Translations under genes and position numbers: made by a program
Assembly: GCA_964276515.1 (NCBI GenBank)
Contig: OZ193909.1
Location: 10,726,001 to 10,790,000 of the forward strand
Reading direction: 5' to 3'
From: Gordius albopunctatus
Taxonomy: Eukaryota
Length of the DNA stretch: 64,000 nucleotides
The notes under the pieces: generated by a model
The model's input: the letters and a program-made list of their open reading frames with translations, nothing else
Database searches by the model: none
What the model was told of the DNA's origin: nothing
In this document: positions 51,201-64,000 of the stretch, piece by piece
Layout of the letters: each line of letters opens with the position of its first letter
Position numbering within the stretch: the first letter of the stretch is position 1

Positions 51201-54200
51201 CAAAATTATTTTTAATTAAATAAACGAAAAAATAATTTAACTTTAGCTCAATAAATTTAAAAATTAAGGCAATCATCATAGGCGCAGCCATCGGGGAGCA
51301 GGGAAGGGCGGCTGCCTTCCTCTAAATGCAAAAATTTGTCGAAATATATTTAAAAAATGGCTAAAATTTAAAAAAATGATCATTTTGCCCCTCCCTAAAT
51401 CATTTTATTTTTGCCCCCCCCCTTCTAATCCCAATGCTGGCACGCCCATGGCAAGCATTATTTATATCCAAAATCATTAAAAATTCAAAGTTGTGATTTT
51501 GCAGGGATCTTCTAATAACTTTGCAAAAATTTATGATTTATAAAGCGATTCTTCGCAGGCATCTGAAGTCCGCAAATGAATAAAAAAATAAATTTACTAT
51601 CTGTAAGTGCAGTGCAGGAAGACATTTAATGAAGCTTTCAAAATCATAATTCCTTTTCTAGGACATAATTGCATATAAGCAGAAACCCGTTGGAAATTGG
51701 TTTATTAAAAATGAAAATTAGTGATGATTTTCTATATTAACGAATTTTATTTGAATTTCATACAAACAAAAATGCGTTTTGTTCAACGATATCAGAAGAG
51801 CTAATAAAATTTTAGTTGAATACTTGATAAAGGTATGATTTTGTAATGAATTAAATAGCCTAACGTTGCTTTTATCAATTGGGTCAAAAAATAAAAAAGG
51901 CGAATCGATTTATAAAATTTGCTGAAATTTGTTGATGCATTTAGGCTTTCAGTCATTTCACCTTCGAACGATCAGGTCATAGCCTAATCATAGTCGATAT
52001 TCAGGGAGTAGATGACCTTTGGACAGATCCTCAAATTCACACGGTTAACGGTATTGAATACACCGAGGGAAATATGGGTAATGATTAGAGCCCTGCAAAA
52101 TTAAGATTTCTCTGCCCAACCCCTAACGACTTTTTGTTTTGGGGCCCGACCCGATTTTTCAAATAGAAAATTAAAAAAAATGTTTTAACATTTTTGAAAA
52201 TTATTTTACCATATAAATACATAATGCATTAAATTGTTATTACTCGTAATTTACAACTAGGATAAGTTTGAAATAAAATTTTCATTTTCACTCACTGCTA
52301 GAGCCCTGCAAAATGAAATTTCTTCTGCCCGAGCCCGGCCCGAGATCTCAATTTTTATTTTGCCCGAGCCCGGCCCGAAAGATTTTTTTATTTTTGGCCC
52401 GACCCGATTTTTTAAATAAAATTTTTGAGAAATATATTTTTTCAAATTATTTCACCATCTATAAAATGCATTAGATTGTTATTGCACGTATTTGCAACTA
52501 GGATAAGTTTGAAGTAAAAAATTTTTCACTCGTTATAATTTATTCGGCTAATCATTTAAAGCTAATAATTTAACTTTATAATATATATTTTTAACAGTTC
52601 AAACAAAAAAAAACCTTTTGAAATATTTACTTATATTATTTCTAAAGTTGTAACAGCTACTATAATCTATTTAAATACTTGAATAAGATTTGCAATTCAG
52701 TTCAGTTATATTATAATAGACAAGGGAAAAAGCTAAAGTTTGGAAGCTATATGTGCGAAAAATAATTATTTAATATCGAATTTTATTTAAATCCTATTTT
52801 ATAAGAGATTAATTTGTTTTAGTTGAATTCTGGCCGGGCTCGGGCCTCTGGTCGTGCTTCGGCCGGCCCGTGCAGGGCTCTACTCCCTGCTAACTGAATA
52901 TCTAACTATTTAAAATATATTTTACTTTTACCTAACAATTCTAAATAAAACACTTTTTAAAATATTTCCTTATTTTAATTCTTATGTAACGGCTACTAGG
53001 AATATATTTAAATACCAGAATAAGATTTGCAATTTAGGTCAAAATATTTTAATATACAGGGGAAAAAAGCTGAAACTTGGAAATATTATTTAATATCGAG
53101 TTGAGTTTTTTTAGATCATATTTTATAAAAGATTAGTTTGCCATGTCAATTCGCCCCGATCGTTTTATTATATTCTGCCTGAGCCCGGCCCGATCGGGCC
53201 GGGTTGGGCTTCGGGCGGCCCGTGCAGGGCTCTAGTAATGATGGCGCACATCTTTCTTTATAAAAGTTTCCATTTTTAATCTTAATATCGCTTAATTTTA
53301 GGCAACGCACAACTCTTTTTAACGATATTCATAATTATTGTGTATGCTTTCTTGCAATAATTAGCTCTAAGTGCTAATATTGCTAAATTTGGACAAGCTA
53401 GTTTTATGAAACGTAAAAGATTGTCATAAAAGAAAGTTTGTAATTTATTTTGAGGCCTTCTAAATTTTGTCCTATAAGTAATATAAAAATGCAAAATGGT
53501 CTAAATGTATTTTTATCCATTTCCATAAATAAATTCACAATTAGCCCATGGAACACAACCTACTAACTTATTTACCAATAAACTTCAATATTTTATATAT
53601 GATTTTTGATTTATTTGTTATTGAATAACGGGTAAAGATTTAATTATTTAGCATTCTTGAATTTATAACATTTATCACATACGCAGGTATTCATGGAATG
53701 GCCTTATTTTTCCATTCCCACATATGTAACAAAATTTGCCACAATCAAAATTTGTCCACTTTTGACCTTTCGCCCAATGAAAAAGCAATTCACGAAGCTC
53801 ATACCAAATCGATGGAGGTATGACTAGTGTCGACATGTTTTTAATCAATCTCGTTGGTCAGGTGATTTGATCTTATAATTGAGGGATTTAATGTTCATAT
53901 GCTTGTTAAATTTGTGTTTCATACGCTCTATTGGGTTCATTAGTAACAAGTAGCTGGTAAGAAATGAATATTTTTTCGACTACCTACCCCCGTAGACATT
54001 CTTCAAATGAAATCTTTGAATATAGCTTTCGCGATCTTTCAACATTATTCGTTAATAAAATATACAAATTTTTTTATTTCAAAATTATTGAATTGACCAA
54101 TTGACGGTTCGATTTATTCGTTTGACTTTTTCTCTACACAATGAATCTTTATTTACTTAGTCTTCGGAAACTTGTTTACGTGTGGATGAAATGAAGCGCT

Positions 54201-55769
54201 GCCACCCCCAAAAAATAGGTTGTGGTATTTCATCCTTTTTAAAATTATTATCGGTGCTTTAGAAATCAATTTGGAAAACGCTTGCTCGGATCCAACGCTC
54301 GATGTCTTGAATGAAGCGGTAACTTTTAAATGTTTTGAGGTAAACTCTCCTTTAGGAAACTCAAAACGTTGAAACCATATTTCACAAAATGTCCTACAGG
54401 CACAGATCTTCTTGCATCAGAAATGAGATAGGAATATTGGAAACTAAATTGATGACGTTAGATAATGTTCCTCACGAAACTTCAACATTAGGACAGGTAA
54501 CAACTAAGTTATATAATCAATAATTTTTGATATTTGTATAGGTACACCTCGAACTATGTAAATGCCATGAAAATGGGAGATTTGTTTGTGATATAAACCC
54601 AAAACCCGATCATATTTCGGCGTTTTATCACCTTGAATTAGCCGCTAAATGCCACATCGTGGAGGCATGTTATGCAATTGCTAACATTTATTTAAAACTT
54701 CCCAGCGAAATATTGGATGGATATGAGCCTCCTCAAGTAATCTATACAAATCCGATAATATCTGTGTTTAGTCTTTCTTCTAGAATTATTACTCTAAAAA
54801 GGCATGAAAGGGCCATTGTTGTTTGCCCTAGCTGCTTTTTTATTTACATTTTAAACCTTTTTAATTGTTTTAATATCGCCTTGAATTTTTCTTTCTAAAA
54901 TGCAAACTGTTCTTTATTTTAGTTAATTGTATAAAACGAGCATAAAGGGTAGGCATAAAATACCAAAAGTCAATCACTTTTATAAAAATTTGCTTTCCTT
55001 TGACACCTTATTTTTTAATTTAAACGGACGAATCACATGTGGCGACGAAGAATATGTTATTAATAAAAAAGAATTAAATTCAAACTCAACAGATATATAA
55101 TAAATGTTTTAATAAAAAGAGAGGGGTTACCCATTGCTAGGCTTATTCATTCTAAAACGAGTTTGGTAAATGGCAAATGTTACGAGTATTTGTTTATACT
55201 ATTTTAACACATCAAAATGTTTGATAAATTTTTTGATTATTAAATTGGAGTAGTACGATTATTTTATAAATATAGTGGTGTGATGAAGGTAAAAGGTTGG
55301 AGAAAGGATTGTTTTATATGAAAGCTGCAGCCCGAGGTAATAATAGAAATGCAATAATTCACTTGGCGGACATGCATGAAAACGGGGCCAAACTAAACGG
55401 GAACGAGTAATTTTTTATTTGAAATTTTTAATAGTGTCGTTTAAGTATAAAATCAATAAGCGAAGCAATCCATTGGTACACAAAAGCCATAGTGGCATCA
55501 AATGATGATGCGGGAGAATATCCCGATACATCAAACGATGATTATCCAATATATAGATTATATGCCAAACTTGGGTACTTGCACAAAATGGGTGGAAATG
55601 ATTTCGAGCCATGTTTTTTGAAAGCGGGTAACACAACTTGATAAAATTACATGGTATCCCCCCCCCTACAGCGAGTTATTACAATAAAGCGGCAGAAATT
55701 GCGATGAACAAAATGAAAGGAAAACTTGCCAATGAATATTTCATGATGGCCGAAAATTGCTGCGAATAA
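45259..55769 (+). CDS. EEF2K: Eukaryotic elongation factor 2 kinase (alpha-kinase), multi-exon
   Basis: CaM-targeting IWKKAAWKA, RHKYNPIT, NYVAKRY, DIQLQMDAKLWGEEYNRHKPPK, YVKYNSNTG, TPQAFSHFTFERSGH.LIIVDIQGV.DLWTDPQIHT, GMALFFHSHICNKIC, SEL1-like repeats and C-terminal AAEIAMNKMKGKLANEYF. ATG at 45259, TAA at 55767-55769. Confidence 0.95.
46468..49102 (+). mobile_element. 5'-truncated HINE copy with an expanded central tandem array
   Basis: Shares internal sequence, the 3' subTIR (48995-49012) and the stem-loop GGGCCGAAGGCCC (49085-49097) with the element at 5763-6652. Confidence 0.8.
47265..48861. repeat. Higher-order tandem repeat: 237-238-bp dimer of ~130-bp and ~108-bp subunits, about 6.3 dimers
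   Basis: A-units start near 47392, 47629, 47867, 48105, 48343, 48580 and 48816. Both subunits share CTGGCTGCTGACCAATGGAA...CC(A/T)TTGGCC. Confidence 0.95.
51277..51450. mobile_element. hAT-type MITE (CATGGGCGTAG family) in an eEF2K intron
   Basis: TIR-like CATAGGCGCAGCCA / TGGCACGCCCATG and TSD GCAATCAT/GCAAGCAT. Interior is similar to 13127-13290. Confidence 0.8.
52086..53234. mobile_element. hAT MITE (outer) at an eEF2K splice donor
   Basis: TIR TAGAGCCCTGCA / TGCAGGGCTCTA and perfect TSD GTAATGAT (52078-52085 and 53235-53242). Confidence 0.92.
52299..52882. mobile_element. hAT MITE (inner), same family, nested in the outer copy
   Basis: Same TIRs as the outer copy, TSD CTCACTGC/CTCCCTGC, and an interior colinear with the outer copy. 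Confidence 0.9.
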
Positions 55770-55830
55770 ATTAGGTGTAAACTAAACAAAGACGGGTGAG
55801 ATTAAATATAATAATTTATATGGGTTGTTA

Positions 55831-58800
55831 TTAATCGAACGTTATCAATGCAGGGCTAGGTAAATCTTTGGGCGCTTCATTTTGCTTTTCATCCTCATGA
55901 CTCTCATTCGAATTCATTTGTGCCAAAATTTTAAAGTTTGATTGCGTGGTTTGAACGTTGCCTGGTATGGTTGCCTGATTCGGGTTACCATCGATGGCCT
56001 GATTCAAGCCTAAATTATAAATATCCATCATTATATATAATGGTAATGTAAATGTTTTGTTTATTAATAAAAAATTACCCTGCAAATTGAAAGTATTTTC
56101 CGAGTAGGTAGGCTGGTGTTGAAAATTTTGCGGAATACCAGATTGGTTCGGTGGAAAATAATTGTAATTAACGTGTTGCTGTTCAGGGTGGCTTGCAGCA
56201 GGATGATAACTCTTTGACATTTGATCTAATAAAATTTATTAATATTTTAATATTAGTAAATACTTTCGTTTGTTATCGCGGGCATTGTTGGTTGAAAAGT
56301 GATGTTTGAATCATAGCCCTGCATCCCGGTATAGGATCCCATAAAGGGTTGTTGGTTCACACCCGGTGGCATGCTATAGTATATTTTAATATAAGGAATG
56401 ATTATATAACCTGAGAGGTGGGTTTGGTTGCGGATATTCAGCGGTTCTATTGTATTGATAAGGCATGGTGTTTCCCATATCACCAAATTGTTCATGAGCC
56501 AACCTCTGTAGAGTTACTTGTCGTTGATAATCCATCAACTCCTAATGTAAAAAATTTATTACGAATATGTTTAAGAGTTGTAAAAAATGAAGTATTACTC
56601 GTTTCTTTTGACGCATATATTCTAATTTTTGGGAAAGTTGAAGCTCTCTTTGGAGTCTCATCTGTTCCGCTTCCCGTTTTTCTTTCTGATCAAACTCATC
56701 TCTTAATGCTATTAACGCTGCCCTTGACTCTTTAATTTGAGATACTTTATCTTGAAGATTTTCCAGATGATCTATATATCAATAAATATTCATATTGTAA
56801 ATCCTTAAATTTTTCCTTATTCAAGTTAAATTCAGAAGTGATGCGTGACGCTCAGGTAGGTTTGTAGCAGGCATTTTTATAGCAATTTTTTATTAAAATC
56901 ATTTTAAATGGAGCATGGAATATGGGAAATTATGGAAAAGAGCCATATTTAAAAACAAATGGTACAATTTTTAAGAGTGTAAGCAAGCTTTTCGTAATAA
57001 CAATAAAAACCTGTTTGGTTAGATATGAAATTTAATAAACAAAAATGAGTTAAAACTTTTATTTAAATTATATCACTCAAATATTAACAAATGCGCATTA
57101 AAACATTTCGCAATTAACGCCCAACCTTGCATATGTTCTTTGTTAAATTTACGAATTAAGTTATTTATGGCAGAAACCCAAAATGGCATTATATAATCGA
57201 TTTAGAGAAGCGCTAATCGATAATTGGCTGCCTAAATTTAAAGATCAATAACGATTTGATGGCGCTTTAAAAGTGAATAAAAACAATGATTGTGCAGCAG
57301 TACTTCTTTTGTCTTCCTGAATCTTTATTTGTTCTAGTAGTTTGGGTTGCAAATGGCTTAACGTAGTAAATAACGTTTGCACGGATGTATCGTTAAGGAT
57401 AAGACGGCCTCTGGAGGCGTTGCTTTGCATCCTTTTCACAAAAATATTAATACCATTTCGCAAGGCTGTGACAAACTCTTCCAAATCTCCTATGCTTTCC
57501 CCTTGCTCATTCTGAACTAAATTCTGTAAAAAAAGAGATGAGTTTAAAAACGATTGCCGGCAAAACTACAAGCCTAGCAATATTTTTACTTCGTGCAGTA
57601 TGGTTGTATTTAAGTCAGGTCCCGGTTGCTTGGATTGGGATCTAACATTTATGAAGCCCTGTGGATTTTGGGATGGCTTAGAAGGAAGTAAACCAGGTTC
57701 GGGGGCAGATGGTAAGGTAACGTTTTTGGGCGAATCGAAGGTTAGTTGTTTTTTCCTATTTTCCCAAAAACTCCTATCGAGATATCTCGCCAACTCGTTT
57801 TCCATGTCTGCTTCGACCGACGAATTTATACCCAAAGCCGCAGGATGCAAATTCTCAAATTAATTATAATTGTAGTAAATTACAAATTAATCTTCTAATA
57901 CCTATTAAAATTGTGAGCCATTAAGATTTATTTCCAAAATGCTGGATAAATTTTATCAAAATAAAATATTACCAAGTTAAGGAATTTTATCTGAAAGATA
58001 CATAAATAAGTGAGGTAACGGGATTAATTAAAAGGTAATATCTATTTTGTACCTGTTCCAGTTTATTACTGTTGCCTTCTGATCTTGTTCCCATATATGA
58101 GTATTTCGAAGCCTAATAAATAATAACTTCAAAAAAAGGTGAAGATAAATTATTTTCAAGGAATAATTGGTGGAATAAACGACTTTAACATAGAGGTTTG
58201 ATTCATACAATAAAAAGGGGGTTAAAGCTAAAACAACCAATCTGCAGAAAAATATTGTGTTTGCAATGATGTACAACGAAAAAATTGCAAAAGAATGTGA
58301 GTAATTGGGGTTAACTTCCCCAGAGGACACCGTTTAAGTCAGGGACAACAATATTCCTACATCCAAAGCTCTTTATAAAAAGCCTCATGACCTTAGTATA
58401 TTCTAATTTCATTTTTTTAAAACATTATACTTTACGCTTTACATTACCGACCCCCAAAATCGTTTTCTATTGAAACTTGGCAATTAAATAACATTCCTAA
58501 TCTTAATGAATGCTGCTAAATAAAGGCTCAACGTTCATCTAAAATTCACGACAAGACCTTAAATGAATAGCGTCAAACACAACTTGCCCTTTTCTTCCCT
58601 AAGGCTAGTGTCACGCCTAAACGGTTTTACAATTGTATATCTATTAAAACAGTCAATCATTGTCCACATAACCTAGAAGACAATTTTCCAGAAAGTAAGC
58701 ATATCATTTACTATAGAATAACATTTATATACATACATATCATTAATAGAACGTGAAATTGAAATTTTAAGCCGCTACTCTAATAATAAATATGTCTCTT

Positions 58801-61800
58801 GAGACTTGCTTTCATGCTGATGATATGTTATGAACTACCGTATATATTAACCTTCACTTCCTTCATCTTTTTGCAACATTAATCTACCCTAACAACGTAA
58901 ATTGGTTATTTATAAACATCCCTATATAAACCCATCGTCCGTCCGGTTATCGTATTGACCACATGTTTTTACCTGCTGCACAAACCTTTTACTAACATAA
59001 CTAAGCGCCCGTCCTCCCATAAAATCCAATTCTCCTTGATGATAGATTTTTTATACACACAAACCTTTTACTAGTAAATACCCTACTTTATATGTAATCA
59101 TTTAATGAGCATCTTCAATGATTTTCTCTGAAACATATCATCACATTCACCCTAAATAAAATGCATGGGAACTTTTACCTTAGCCGCTTTGGCGAGATTT
59201 GCTTCAGCTTCGCTAGCCGACAAAGCGAGAGCCAACTCGATCTCCTCCCTCTCTTCCTCCTCCGTCTTTAACTGGGGTTCCTGTGGCTGCCTACTCAAAG
59301 GGCTATTCACGTACTCGGATGGTAGACCCTTTTTCCCTTCTGTCCATGTCTACATTTATTTTTTATCATAAAATAAATTCAGTTATAAGGCACGTATTGA
59401 AAATTAGCGTCGCAGTAGTTAACTTGCTTTTCAACAAAACCTACTATAATTTAATTTACCAGCATAATTTTTGCGAGAATAAGCCTTGGATGAGAAAACT
59501 TTTTAAGTATTAAAAGGAGAAACAATGACTTTTTTACAATATTATTTAACGAAAGTATGATTCGATTATACGAATACCTTGAATGATTCGTAGGCTTCAG
59601 AATCATTGCCGGTAGTACTAGAGGAGTCATAAAAATTTTCGTACATTTTGGGTGTGGAAGATTTTAACGCTTTAGCACCGCCCGAAGATTCGCCGGTCGT
59701 CGATGTTAAATTGTTATTCAAATCGTAGCATTCGTCACAAACCCTTACCACTCTTTCGATCCCATACTTGGGGATGATGGATACTTTAGACGAACATTTC
59801 TGACAAAACACTTGCCCGCAACACCGGCAATGATGCTAAATTAATTGAAAACAATATATTGAATAATATGTTACAAAAATAGTTTCCTGTTAAAAATTGC
59901 AAAAAAGTATAGGTAAAAGTCACTTTTCTTTGGACAAGTGTGAAGGTGGTATTGCAATTGTGACAATTTTCACCATCAATCCAATCGGGTGGGTTTTCGG
60001 TCATAAACATGGCATCACTCTCTTTAAGCATGGGGAATGTGTAGCCTTAAATACACTTTAGATATAATTATACTCGTCTTACATACCTTCCATTTTTAAG
60101 AGCACGTACGTATCTTTAACGATATGATAATTAGGTTCGTTGCGAAAAACGTAGGACCAAATTTGGATTAATTCCAATATTTTATGCTTTATAGGCTCAT
60201 TGTTACATTCCTAAGCAATATATAAGTAATTTTAAGTAACATCAATAGTAACTTTAAGTATGTCTTTCAAATCAAGCATAAAATCTTTGGTGGCAACTTC
60301 TTTATGAACACTTATCCCACAATTTTTGACAACAGATTCCAAAACCTGTAAATCATATTGAAATCATAGCAATAATTACTTGTAATGTGTAAAGTACAAC
60401 ATTTGGGTTACAAGAGCTTAGTCTTTTTTTGATAGTTTGAATGGCCGCCTTAGAGCTGCAAAAGTGAAAACATATGAATGTTGAATTGTTGAGATGTGCT
60501 ATCCTCAGAATAATTAGTAACTTAAATGGCTGGGTAAGGTTAAAAGAAGGATTAAAATTTTTAGTCTCCCCAGGTTTCTCTCCTTTTATTCATCTTACAT
60601 TAATACAACAAAATATCATAACATTCACTTTTAATTGACCTAATTTTGAGTCATTGTTTACACCAAGTTCTGCGTGAAAAAGATAGCAGGCATTAATAAT
60701 TAGACACAGATATTATGGCATAATGAATTATTTATTATAAAAAGTCCAACACAGATATTATGGCATAATGAATTATTTATTATAAAAAGTCCAATAAAAA
60801 ATTAATAAAATAAATTCATTATTTTAATAAAATGAGTAGGGAAAATAAAGTTGGGTAAAATTTAGTGCAATATACTAAAACAGATCTGTGCTAGATGAAT
60901 GAATAAAAATTCCCTTTTATGATAAATTATAATCTTTAAAACTTTCCCCATGTTTTAAAACAATTTTGTCAACGACCTAAATAATTTTTATTTTTGATAT
61001 CAAAAAAGATAAATAATATTAATTTTAAAGTTTAATCCACTTTTTATTTTCATACAATTGTTACCAAAAATTTCTTCAATAAACATAAATTAGTATTAAA
61101 AAATATGATTGAGTTAAGAAATCATATACCATATATATAACCAAATGTCTTAATGAAAAACAATAACAAAATTATAAATGGCAAAAATAATTTAATAGAA
61201 TCTGACCAATGTTGCATGGATGAAATAATATCCAAAATTAGTAATTCAAATTGGCAATAAACTTATAGGAAATCATAAATAGCTATATTTCAGTGATTTA
61301 TAATTATATAAAAGATTGTCAAACTTAAAAATTTAAAGAACAATAATTAGTTTGTTTAAATTAAATGTACAATAATTAGCAGGTTATAATTAAAAATATT
61401 ATAATCTATTGTATGGAAATGTTTATGTTTTTGACCAACAAGGTTTTATCCTATTGGAAGAGCTTATGACAAAATACATTAATAACAAAGTATTAAAGGT
61501 AATTTAATAATTTGCCCCAAAATTCCATACTTGTACAGTCTCCAAATTAAAGGATTCAATTAACCTTACTGAACAGCAAATATAAAGTTGACTATGCTGA
61601 TAAATTCACTTTCCTTTATTTTTATAAAAACATTTGATTTAATTACATTTTGTTGGCCAGGTTATTAAGGACCCCACAATTATAAATTAATTTTTTAAAA
61701 GATTAACTTTATGCATAATTTTTTTACATTAGGTTATCATTTAAGCCTTATCAAAATTGACCACTTTATTCAAACAATTAGAGCCAAAACGGGGTGTAAA

Positions 61801-62036
61801 ACTCATTTCTTAAAGGCTGCATTAAAATTTTAAAATGTATCACAAAAAAACTTATCAAATTTTAATATATTTCCTATACCTTACATCCTTCTGCCTAATC
61901 ATATCACAAATTTGTAATATAGCATCCCAATCAGGTTCCAAGAGCATATTGCTCGTAGCCTTTTCTGTTTATATATAAAGCATATACAAACTAAATATAT
62001 ACCAACGAGATTTTCAAAGGTAGACATTCGAAACAT
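55831..62036 (-). CDS. HGS: Hepatocyte growth factor-regulated tyrosine kinase substrate (Hrs/Vps27, ESCRT-0), multi-exon
   Basis: VHS ([33 protein letters not shown]), FYVE ([10 protein letters not shown]...[13 protein letters not shown]...RVCDEC), DUIM ([15 protein letters not shown]), PSAP motif, [12 protein letters not shown], coiled coil and C-terminal clathrin box LITFD. ATG at 62036. Confidence 0.95.
60705..60795. repeat. Perfect short tandem duplication (~45 bp x2) in an HGS intron
   Basis: ACACAGATATTATGGCATAATGAATTATTTATTATAAAAAGTCCA occurs twice. Confidence 0.9.
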
Positions 62037-63284
62037 TTTATTATTATGTGCCGCCTGAAATTATGATAGACTGACCTTTTTATAAATTAGGCTACTCGTC
62101 GAAATTAATATGGACATTATTATTTGAGCAACGAATATTTTGTGCAGCAAAATTTTAAATCAATTTAGCTAGGGTAAATGTGGTATGCAATATTTTAGCT
62201 AAATTTCATGCCCGAACCCACCCAAACCTTTTCTGTGTCCCCCCGACCAAACCCAAATTTTTAGAGCTACCCAAATTTTTTATTTAATTCTTGATTATTT
62301 TTGATATGAATTACAGTTAATAAATATTATACGATCAAAAATGTGACAAAATAATACACGAAAAAAATATAATACATTAATTCTCATTGAGCCAGAATTG
62401 CCTGAATCTTATTATGGTACCCGCCCGGGTCCGCATGAAAGTCTAATTTTAGGACAGTAGCCCGACCTGTGGGTCGGGGAGGGCGTGTAGCGGACTAGAC
62501 AGGGTTCGGTTCTTTGTTGGGAATTATAGGGAGCAAATTTTTAGTTTCAAAGTTTTTACCGTTAATTCGATATATTTGTTTTTAAAGGTTCAATTACTTG
62601 ACAATGCTTATGTACAAATTGTAAAAAACAGATAATCTTTTTAACCAAATGTAGTCTGCTCGAAGGCCTCTAAAAATGAATACATTTTCCAAATAGAATC
62701 TATGATCTACATAAGTAAATACCTACAATGCAAAAACTATATGATTTTTATGACAAAAACATTACTAAATAACGTTTAAGCTAGGAAAACAGATGGTGCT
62801 ATCAAGCACGTTAGATGTTTAGATGGATAAGTGGAATGGAAAAATTGATGGATTCTATGGAGGTTATAAATTATAAATTCTTAGTAATACATTCTTAGTT
62901 TTTTTAGTGTTGAATAGATTACAACCTTTAAAGTTGCGGCAAAAAATTTTTAAAATAATTTTACGGATCAAGGTCAATATTGAAACACATATGAAACTCC
63001 ATCGACTGAATTGGTCGGAACATGGTATTAATAATATCTGTAAAGTCAAATTTAAAGTGGCATATTTATTTACCTAAGTTTGTAGGGGGCCGACCTAAAG
63101 TCTATGGAAAAACGGGTGGGATCGGACGGGCTTGTAAAAACCGATAGAGACTGGACGTCTTATTAATAATGGCCTGTTGCAAATCTCTAATGTGAATTAA
63201 AATTTTAAACCTCAAAATTGTCAAATAACTTTATTTTGTTATTTAAAAATAAAAGTAATTTATTGTCGTGAAGAATGAGTCACA

Positions 63285-64000
63285 ATCACAACCATGACGA
63301 ACCTTCTTAACAAGATATTGTTAGAAGAACGAATTCCTAATCAACTTATTTAGAAGCAAAGGAGACCGTCAAGACTGTAGCAATTACAGAGGTATTAAGC
63401 TAACTTGCCACTCCTTGAAGCGCATTGAAAGGATCTTATTAACCAAACTGAAAACTAGGTGGAAATATCGGCAAACCAATTCGGATTTGTGGCCGGCAAA
63501 TCCACAATCGATCCAATCTTCACACTAAGTCATATGATGGATATGGTGAAAAGAGGTTGGACCTACATATGGTCTTTATCGACTTGGAGAAAACTTATGA
63601 CACAGTCCCCCACTATTTAAAATGGCGGTGCATAAGAAAACAAAATATTCCTGACGCATATATACGGCTTATGAAAAATATTTATGAAGCCTCAAATTCT
63701 TGCGTTAGGACTCGGGTTAAAATTGACATCAAGGATCCACTTTAAGCCCCTTTTTATTTAATATAATTATAGACACGATAACGAACTACATTCAAAAACC
63801 ATCGCCATGATGTATGCTATATGTCGTTATTATATTACTATGCGAGGAAACAAGGGAGAAAGTATTGGAAGATATCGAAAAGTGGTAAAAGTGTTTAGCT
63901 GGATATGGTTTAAAGGTCAACGATCGAATAACGGTATACATGGAAATGAACGGTACTAGCAGGCGATCGCTGGATGACCATCTAAAGTACCTAAAAGTAG
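63285..64000 (+). mobile_element. RTE-clade non-LTR retrotransposon reverse transcriptase fragment, degenerate
   Basis: KGDRQDCSNYRGIKL, NQFGFVAGKSTIDPIFTL, HMVFIDLEKTYDTVP and QGSTLSPFLFNII, with frameshifts and stops. Confidence 0.85.

Overview
This is AT-rich eukaryotic (invertebrate metazoan-like) genomic DNA with very short introns (about 31-60 nt) mixed with kb-sized, transposon-filled introns. Four spliced host genes can be rebuilt by hand, and the ORF track only fragments them: an ARHGAP1/8-like BCH+RhoGAP gene (-), NPRL3 of GATOR1 (-), eEF2 kinase (+) and HGS/Hrs of ESCRT-0 (-). eEF2K and HGS converge with stop codons 61 bp apart. The rest is a dense, nested transposon landscape: a full-length Helitron (27134-33250) whose RepHel is broken by one in-frame TGA and which sits in or beside a FLYWCH-MULE whose left TIR abuts the NPRL3 start codon; two further Helitron remnants; a truncated Gypsy element with a -1 frameshift signal; two LTRs; an RTE LINE fragment; and many hAT elements/MITEs with 8-bp TSDs. 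There is also a DINE-1-like Helentron-associated element (HINE) family, one copy of which has expanded into a higher-order satellite inside a hAT inside an eEF2K intron. The most notable observations are the HINE-seeded satellite, an eEF2K with a much shortened regulatory loop, two divergent Helitrons sharing an identical 3' terminator, and an orphan 374-codon frame with two in-frame TAG codons. All calls come from manual reading and translation; no database searches were run.
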